Source: an uncultured Gemmatimonadales bacterium (GTDB lineage Bacteria; Gemmatimonadota; Gemmatimonadetes; Gemmatimonadales; Gemmatimonadaceae). Taken from it: a DNA stretch of 64,000 nucleotides. This document shows, piece by piece, positions 56,925-64,000 of this stretch. The notes under the pieces were generated by a model, which saw only the letters and a list, made by a program, of their open reading frames with translations, was not told the origin of the DNA and made no database searches. The stretch is from the NCBI GenBank assembly GCA_963707505.1, contig CAVPQB010000005.1, positions 1 through 64,000 of the forward strand. Direction: 5' to 3'. The translations under genes were made by a program, and so were the position numbers. Numbering within the stretch: position 1 is the stretch's first letter; each line of letters opens with the position of its first letter.

Positions 56925-58232
56925 TTAGGAGTAGATGCCCCGCAGGCGATGCACAGCCGCAACACGGCTGATCGAAAGCATGTACGCAGCGGTGCGCATG
57001 TTCACCTTGTGCGTCTTCGACAGTGCCAGCACGTCCGCGAAGCTGCGACGCATGATCTCCGTGAGACGGTCGTTGACGGTCTTCTCGTCCCAGAAGTATC
57101 CACCACGATCCTGTACCCACTCGAAGTACGACACCGTCACGCCGCCGGCATTCGCGAGAATGTCGGGGATGACGAAGATTCCCTTTTCATCGAGAATCGA
57201 ATCGGCCGCTGCCGTGGTCGGTCCATTGGCGCCTTCGCAAACTACTTTCGCGCGAATGTCGTGCGCGTTCTTGGTCGTGATTACGCTTTCCAGCGCGGCC
57301 GGCAGCAGTACGTCCACATCGAGCGTGAGCAGCTCGGCGCCGCTGATTGCATCGCCACCCTTGAATCCCTTGAGCGACTTGTGCTTCTGCACATACGCAA
57401 TCGCCTCGTCGACTTTGATACCATTCGCGTTGTGGAACGCAGCGTCGCGATCGCCGATTGCGACGATCTTCGCTCCTGCTTCCCGAAGCAGCTTCGCAGC
57501 TGTCGAGCCAACGTTGCCGAAGCCCTGGACCGCGATCGTGGACTTGCTCACGTGCATGCCGAGGTGCTCCAGTGCGTCCGTCGTCACGATCGTGCAGCCG
57601 CGTCCCGTCGCCTCGCGTCGTCCGAGTGATCCACCCATCTCGACCGGCTTGCCGGTCACGACGGCGGTCGTCGTGTGACCGACATGCATCGAGTACGTGT
57701 CCATCACCCAGGCCATCACGCGCTCATTCGTATTCACGTCCGGGGCAGGAACGTCCGAGTCCGGTCCGAGCGTCTGGATGATTCCGTTAGTGTACCGCCG
57801 AGTCAAACGCTCCAGTTCACCGACACTCATCTTCAGTGGATCGCAAACGACGCCGCCCTTCGCGCCGCCGAACGGAATGTTGACGACAGCGCACTTCCAC
57901 GTCATCCACGCGGCAAGTGCCTTGACCTCTTCGAGCGTGACGTGCATGTCGAAACGAATTCCGCCCTTGCCAGGTCCACGCGACGTGTTGTAAAGCACGC
58001 GATGACCGGTGAAAACTTCCACTTCGCCGTTGTCCAGAACCACCGGGCACGACACGGTTATCTGCTTCTCCGGATTGCGAAGGATCTTGTAGATGCCAGG
58101 CTCCAGGTCCAGCAGCTCGGCGGCGCGGTCAAAACGCGACATCATCGCGTCGAATGGATTTTCCTCGTTCAAAACCGGGTCCTTGTCCGGGTGGACGATT
58201 TTATGAGTCGAAAGACGGTGATCGGTGGCCAT
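56925..58232 (-). CDS. Glu/Leu/Phe/Val dehydrogenase (glutamate dehydrogenase-like)
   Basis: [52 protein letters not shown]. Confidence 0.94.
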   Translation of the reverse strand: MATDHRLSTHKIVHPDKDPVLNEENPFDAMMSRFDRAAELLDLEPGIYKILRNPEKQITVSCPVVLDNGEVEVFTGHRVLYNTSRGPGKGGIRFDMHVTLEEVKALAAWMTWKCAVVNIPFGGAKGGVVCDPLKMSVGELERLTRRYTNGIIQTLGPDSDVPAPDVNTNERVMAWVMDTYSMHVGHTTTAVVTGKPVEMGGSLGRREATGRGCTIVTTDALEHLGMHVSKSTIAVQGFGNVGSTAAKLLREAGAKIVAIGDRDAAFHNANGIKVDEAIAYVQKHKSLKGFKGGDAISGAELLTLDVDVLLPAALESVITTKNAHDIRAKVVCEGANGPTTAAADSILDEKGIFVIPDILANAGGVTVSYFEWVQDRGGYFWDEKTVNDRLTEIMRRSFADVLALSKTHKVNMRTAAYMLSISRVAAVHRLRGIYS

Positions 58233-59257
58233 TATTCAGCGATTGAAGTGGCTCGTTTGAATAAATTCGCGAGAGCTGACGCGACGAGAGAGTATCCCTC
58301 CGTCAGGCGCACAGCCTGTGAAAGATACCAAAGCTCCAGTCCGTTCGCAGGCCAGACCCTCGTCAACTTCACCGCGTCCTTTTCCGTAGTAACAACATAT
58401 TTGTGACCTGTAGATTCGCTCACGATCCGCGCAGCGTCCGCAGCCGTGTAATCGTGATGGTCCCGAAAACGCAACTCTGTCACTTCCGCGCCAAGTTGCC
58501 GCAGTTGCGCGAAGAAGCTGGTTGGATCCCCGATCCCCGCCACTGCCAGCACTCGTTTGCCGCGAAGCTCGTCGAGTGGGATCGACTCCGCATGCGACGC
58601 ACTGATGAGGGCGTCCGGCTGCAGTGCCGCTATTGCGATCTCCGCGCCCGAATGCTCAGCTCCAATGGCCTGCATCACGTCCCTCGCCTGCTCATTCGTC
58701 GCGCTCTTCTGCGTGACGACAATGACGTCGGCGCGATCCAGCGAGCGCAACGATTCGCGCAACGGCCCCGCAGGAAGTAATCGCAGACCGGGGTGCCAGC
58801 TCTCGGCGCTCACCAGCACAATATCGAGGTCGCGCGACGCTCTACGATGCTGAAAGCCGTCGTCCAGTACCACGACGTCTGCCCCGCCAACTGCAGCCGC
58901 ACGGATTCCCGCGACACGATCCGCTTCCGTGATTACCGCAACGCCGGAATTCATCCGCGCGTGAAGGTGCAGTTCATCGTCACCATATCCACGCATCACA
59001 ACCGCGGGGCGGTGTCCCGCGAGTATCAGCTCGCCAACCAGATATGCGCTGAACGGTGTCTTGCCGGTGCCGCCGACCGTAAGATTGCCAACACTGATAA
59101 TCGGAATCGATGCTGGGTGTACGCGGAGTGCACCAGTGTCATACAATGCGTTCCTTGCAGCGACCACGCCGCCATAGATCCATGAGAACGGCGTCACCGC
59201 CGCGCGCACCAGTCGCACAACCGCTGATCTTCCGTACCATAGCTCGTCGACTGTCAT
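58232..59257 (-). CDS. lpxK: Tetraacyldisaccharide 4'-kinase
   Basis: [46 protein letters not shown]. Confidence 0.96.
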   Translation of the reverse strand: MTVDELWYGRSAVVRLVRAAVTPFSWIYGGVVAARNALYDTGALRVHPASIPIISVGNLTVGGTGKTPFSAYLVGELILAGHRPAVVMRGYGDDELHLHARMNSGVAVITEADRVAGIRAAAVGGADVVVLDDGFQHRRASRDLDIVLVSAESWHPGLRLLPAGPLRESLRSLDRADVIVVTQKSATNEQARDVMQAIGAEHSGAEIAIAALQPDALISASHAESIPLDELRGKRVLAVAGIGDPTSFFAQLRQLGAEVTELRFRDHHDYTAADAARIVSESTGHKYVVTTEKDAVKLTRVWPANGLELWYLSQAVRLTEGYSLVASALANLFKRATSIAE

Positions 59258-59931
59258 GCACGTCCCTGCTCGAGCGTCTGCGCTGTCGCGGCCATCGCGT
59301 TGAGCGAGGACTCGAAGATCTCGCCCTGCATCGCCGCGCCACGCGAGTCGTCCGCACTAACGTACATCGGATCGCTGTAGACGAAAGTAAGGTGAGCGAA
59401 CGGCTTGGGAATCATGAACCCATCCCAGCTGCGCAGATGCCATGCGCGCGACGCCGCGACGCCTACCAGGACCATCGGCGCCCCAGCTCGGTGCGCGGCG
59501 ACCAACGCGCCACTCGCGAATTTCCGCGCGGGGCCGCGTGGACCGTCGGGCGTAACCGCTACCTCGCCTCCGGTGGTCAGCACGTCGCACATCGCAAGCA
59601 ACGCGCGAGTGGCGCCGCGCGTCGTCGACCCACGGATGGACCCGAATCCCAGACTGGCAGTGATCCGCGCGATAAGCTCACCGTCACGATGTTCGCTGAT
59701 CAGTACCCTTACCCCCTGTGCCCGGTGCTGTACGGTCAACGGCAACAACTGGCCATGCCAGAGCGCAAACACGAACGAACGGCCATCCGCGCGCAGTGCG
59801 CGCCAGCCCGCGTCGTTCACTTCGCGTACACGCCAGGTCGAGTACAACACGCGCAGCAGCGCAGGGCCGAGTGCGGCGGCCAGCCGCTGAATTCCGGTCA
59901 GATGAGTCCGCGCAGGCGCGGGCTCACTCAT
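59254..59931 (-). CDS. DUF374 lysophospholipid acyltransferase family protein (LpxJ-like)
   Basis: FALWHG, LISEHRDGE, IRGSTTRG, TPDGPRGP, SWDGFMIPKPF; lies between lpxB and lpxK. Confidence 0.85.
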   Translation of the reverse strand: MSEPAPARTHLTGIQRLAAALGPALLRVLYSTWRVREVNDAGWRALRADGRSFVFALWHGQLLPLTVQHRAQGVRVLISEHRDGELIARITASLGFGSIRGSTTRGATRALLAMCDVLTTGGEVAVTPDGPRGPARKFASGALVAAHRAGAPMVLVGVAASRAWHLRSWDGFMIPKPFAHLTFVYSDPMYVSADDSRGAAMQGEIFESSLNAMAATAQTLEQGRA

Positions 59932-61041
59932 CCCGCCAGTCCCGAGATCATCTCCGCCACGCGACCAGCGGCACCGGGTGTACCGAGCTGGCTTCTGACT
60001 TCGATCAGTCCCTCACGCTGTAACTCGCGGTACGCAGCGTCATCAAGCAATCGACCGAGCTCCGTCGCAACCGCCTTCGGCTGCAACGCGCCCTGCACGA
60101 ACTCGCGCGCAACTTCGCGTCCCGCGACGACGTTGACGAGACCGATGTACGGTATCTTGACCACGCGCCGCGCAATTGCATATGAAAGGCCGCCTGTGCG
60201 ATACGCGACCGCCATCGGACACTGCGCAATCGCCGCCTCGAGCGTCGTCGTCCCACTCTTGCACAGCGCGACGTCAGCAGCGCGGAAGACATCGAACGAC
60301 GCACCACGCACGATTTCGAATGGACACTCCAGCGCATCCAGATTCACGGTGGGCGCGCCGTGCACGATCACGCGAAGTCCCGGATGCCGGCGCGCGAGCT
60401 CGCGCCCGCTCTCGATGAATGGGACGAAGTGACGCGCGATCTCCTGCTCCCGACTTCCCGGAAACAGCGCGAGTACCTTCTCTTCCGGAGCGATTCCGAG
60501 CCGCTCGCGCGCTTCCACACGCGTCGGCATGATTCTGCGCACGATCCAGCAACGGGATGACCTACGAATGTCGCGTCGATTCCGTAACCCGCGAGCAGCG
60601 GGGCCTCGAAAGGAAGGATGACAGCAGCCCTTCGTCACGAGCTTCGCCAGCTTTGGTAGCCGCCCCGCGCCCCACGCCCAGACCTGCGGCGTGACGTAGT
60701 ACAGCACGGGTACGCCCGCCTCGCGCGCAGCGGCTGCAACCTTCATGTTGAACCCGGGATAGTCGATCAGGACGACGACGGCGACGTTTCCGGTAGCCAT
60801 GCGCGCGCGCAGCTGACGCAGCAGCGCCGCGTGCTTCGGAATGTGCCTTACGACTTCGACAAATCCCATCACAGCGAGCTCGGCGTAATCGCGCGTTATC
60901 TCCACGCCGCTCGCGCGCATGTGCGCGCCGCCGACGCCCGCGGTCGCCAGATCGGGACGAATCGCTCGCAGCCGCGCCGCAACGCTCGCCCGCGTGCAGG
61001 TCGCCGGAGGCCTCTCCGGCGACGAAGAGAACTTCACGCAC
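59928..61041 (-). CDS. lpxB: Lipid-A-disaccharide synthase, frameshifted
   Basis: VAGEASGDLH, AVMGFVEV, IDYPGFN, PQVWAWG, FPGSREQE, KSGTTTLE. Confidence 0.94.
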
Positions 61042-62025
61042 CGACAGACGGGGCGTTGCGCTCGATGTCGCCGCACAATTCTCGAGCGCGACTTCCAGCG
61101 CGCGACGCCCGTCGGCGCCCCTCACTACCAGCGGTGCGCTGCCGTTCAGCGCCGCCGCAAAACTCTCGAACTCGAGCTTGAGCGGCTCTCCTTCCGGAGC
61201 CTCCAACGCAATGCGCTCCACGAAGTCCGCGAGATCCGGCGTCTTCCCGCTCGCGACGAGCGCGTGCAGGTCGCCAGTCCTTCTTCAGTCGAAAGAATTC
61301 GCCATTTCCCGCGGCAAGATCGAGCGAGAGATAACCACTCGGCTGGAAGATTCGCACCTTGCGAACTCTCTCACGCGAGATGCGGCTCGCGGTGATGTTG
61401 GCGACGGCGCCCGATTCGAACGTGATCCGCGCATTTGCAATGTCCACGGTCGGCGTGAGCACGGGAATTCCGACGGCGGCAATGTTACCAGCGCCGGAAT
61501 TGACGAGCGTCAGTATCAGATCGATGTCGTGAATCATCAGGTCGAGCACGACCGCGACGTCCGAGCCCCGAATGTTGAACGGCGCCAGGCGATCGCTCTC
61601 GATGAACCGCGGATTGCTCACGTACGGCAGTGCGGCGCGTATCGCGCGATTGAAACGCTCGACGTGCCCGGTCTGCACGATCACGCCCGTACGCTGCGCG
61701 ATTGCGAGCAGCGCATCGGCTTCTTCGAGCGTCGCCGTGATCGGCTTCTCGATGAGCACGTGCTTGCCGCGCTCCAGCGCCCTGCTCGCGACCGCGAAGT
61801 GCCGCGGTGTCGGCACGACGATCGTCACGGCGTCGACGTCGTCGAGCAGACGTCTCCAGGTCGCTGTAACTCGGAACCTCCAGCTCCGATGATACCTGCG
61901 CAGCGCGCTCCGGTCGCTCTTCCACGAATCCGGACAAGCCGGAACTCGGGCATCTCTCGCAACAATCGAACGTGGTGGTAGCCGAGCGCGCCCGCTCCGA
62001 CGACGCCAATGCGCAGTGGCTTCAA
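61034..62025 (-). CDS. Gfo/Idh/MocA oxidoreductase (GnnA-like), frameshifted
   Basis: IGVVGAGALGYHH, HVLIEKPI, GHVERFN, VVLDLMIHDID, ANITASRIS. Confidence 0.85.
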
Positions 62026-62803
62026 ATCGCGACCCCGCGCTGGCTCGATTCCACGAACTGCACGAGCTGCATCACTTCGGGAATCTGCTCGACCTCCGCC
62101 GTCACTCGCTCGATCGCCTGCGCGAGATTGAGCTCCGATCGGAACAACAGCCGGTACGCGCGCTTCAGCTCGAGAATCGTTTCCGGCGAGAATCCGTTGC
62201 GCTGCAACCCGACCGAATTGAGTCCATACAGCTTCATCGGATTGCCGACAGCCTTGACGAACGGCGGCACGTCCTTCGACACACGTGAGCAACCCCCAAC
62301 TATCGCGTTGCGCCCGATTCGCGTGAACTGGTGAACGGCTGTCACACCCGAGAGGATCACGCGGTCCTCGACAGTCACGTGACCGGCGAGCTGCACCATG
62401 TTCGCGAGAACGACGTCGTCGCCGACGTGACAGTCGTGCGCGAGATGCACGTACGACATGACGAAGCTGTTTGGGCCCGACCGTCGTCTTGAACGATTGC
62501 GACGTGCCACGATTGATCGTCGCTGTATTCGCGGATCACCGTGTTGTCGCCGATCTCGACAGTCGTGCGCTCGCCCTTGAACTTGAGGTCCTGCGGATCG
62601 CCGCCGAGAACGGTCCCGACTCCGATCTTCACGTTCCTGCCGAGTGTGACGTAGCGCTCGAGACGTCGCGCGCGCCGATATCACGCAGCCGTCGCCGATC
62701 ACGCACTCGTCGCCAATGATCGCGAACGGGCCGATCTCGACGTCGTGCGCCGATCTCCGCGGAAGACGATACGATCGCGGTCGGATGAATCTGCGCGCGT
62801 CAT
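62022..62803 (-). CDS. lpxA: UDP-GlcNAc acyltransferase LpxA, frameshifted
   Basis: [51 protein letters not shown]. Confidence 0.94.
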
Positions 62804-64000
62804 CGGTCGCGAACCATGGCGGCCATCTCCGCCTCGGCGACGACCTCGCCGTCCACCTTCGCAACGCCGCGCATCTTGCACACGGCGCCGCGGATCTGGA
62901 TCACGTCGAGCTCGAAGCGAATCTGATCGCCCGGCTTGACCGGCTTCCGGAATTGCACGTTGTCGAGCGACATGAAGTACACGACCTTCTGTTCGGCCTC
63001 CTCGAATCCGCCCAGCAGCAGCATTCCGCCGACCTGCGCCATCGCCTCGATGATCAGCACGCCCGGCATTATCGGATGCCCGGGAAAGTGTCCCTGAAAG
63101 AATGGCTCGTTGATCGTGACGTTCTTGATGCCCGACGATCCGCTTCTTCTCCCTCGATCTCGAGGATCCGGTCGACGAGCAGAAACGGATAGCGGTGCGG
63201 AAGCACCTTCATGATGTCTTCGATCGACATCGTTCCAGCCATGCTCTTCCTCGCTTGCTCGTTGATCTGGCCGCCGGCCAGCCGCACCATCTCACGAACC
63301 AGCGTCACCGTGCCCCGGTGACTCGGCCTGCACCGCGACTATTCGCGCGCGCACGCGCGCGCCGGCCAGCGCGAGATCGCCCACGCAGTCCAGTCGCCTT
63401 GTGCCGCACGAACTCGTCGTTCCAGCGCAGCTCGTCGTCGACAACATCGGTGTCGTCGAGCACTACCGCGTTGTCGGTCGACGCGCCCTGGATCAGACCC
63501 TTGCGCCCGCAGTGCCTCGACTTCGTGAACGAAGCCGAACGTTCGCGCTCGCGGCCAGCTCCTTCGCGATACATTCCGCGTCCGACAACGTAGCGCCGCG
63601 ACTGCCGTCCGATGATCGGGTGCGGAAATTCGATCGTGACGTCGAGCGTCAGCTCGTTCGCCGGATACGCCTCGTAGACCGATTCGCCGTCGATGATCCG
63701 AACGGCTCGCGTCAGCGTCGAGATACTCCGGTTCACCCTCCATGCTCGTCGATCCCGGCGCCGATCAACGCGTCGTAGAAACGGCGCCGCGCTTCCGTCG
63801 AGAATCGGCGGCTCAGGACCATCCATGTCGATCACGAGATCGTCGATCCCCATCGCGGCGACCGCGGCCAGAACGTGCTCGACGGTGTGGATCGCCGCAG
63901 TCGCCACTTGCCGAGCTGCGTGCCGTCGCTCGCGTCGCCGTGACCTGCGTCCACATGGGCGCGAATCAGCGGCGAGCCCGCGAGATCGCGCGCGCGAAAC
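62800..64000 (-). CDS. lpxC: Bifunctional LpxC/FabZ, 5' part beyond the window, frameshifted
   Basis: [28 protein letters not shown], then [20 protein letters not shown] in one frame; [21 protein letters not shown]. Confidence 0.9.

Noticed and set aside
62800..64000. LpxC-FabZ fusion as a novelty
   Set aside because: A known architecture, for example in Bacteroidetes

Overview
A GC-rich, gene-dense stretch of bacterial core chromosome. Gene order and content suggest Gemmatimonadota (inference). It carries about 60 mostly housekeeping genes. These include a split B12 acyl-CoA mutase with meaB, ybeY-phoH-aspS, rlmN, a trp/fol/pan operon, lexA, truA, htrA, and a pur operon containing psd-pssA. 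They continue with ppdK, a GT4-deacetylase-flippase trio, tmRNA, a GGDEF protein, dusB, PTS IIA, guaA, lysA, proS, hisS, folC, accD, uvrC, murJ, bshC, rlmH, gdh and a lipid A cluster. I found no CRISPR array, integrase, transposase, prophage, rRNA or tRNA. Blocks at about 1-7000, 15400-30600 and 60500-64000 have many single-base indels in essential genes, most likely consensus errors, so boundaries there are approximate. The best leads are: (1) a HEAT-repeat plus HD-GYP pair sharing an unnamed N-terminal domain, wedged between trpB and trpA; (2) tandem NTTC-N7-NTTC direct repeats upstream of lexA (candidate SOS box); (3) a transaldolase homolog lacking its catalytic residues; (4) a HexSDF/GpgSDF-like cationic glycolipid operon; (5) an acyl-CoA mutase with isobutyryl-CoA-mutase-type specificity residues; (6) a methyltransferase coupled to bshC. 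All calls come from motif recognition by eye; no searches were run.
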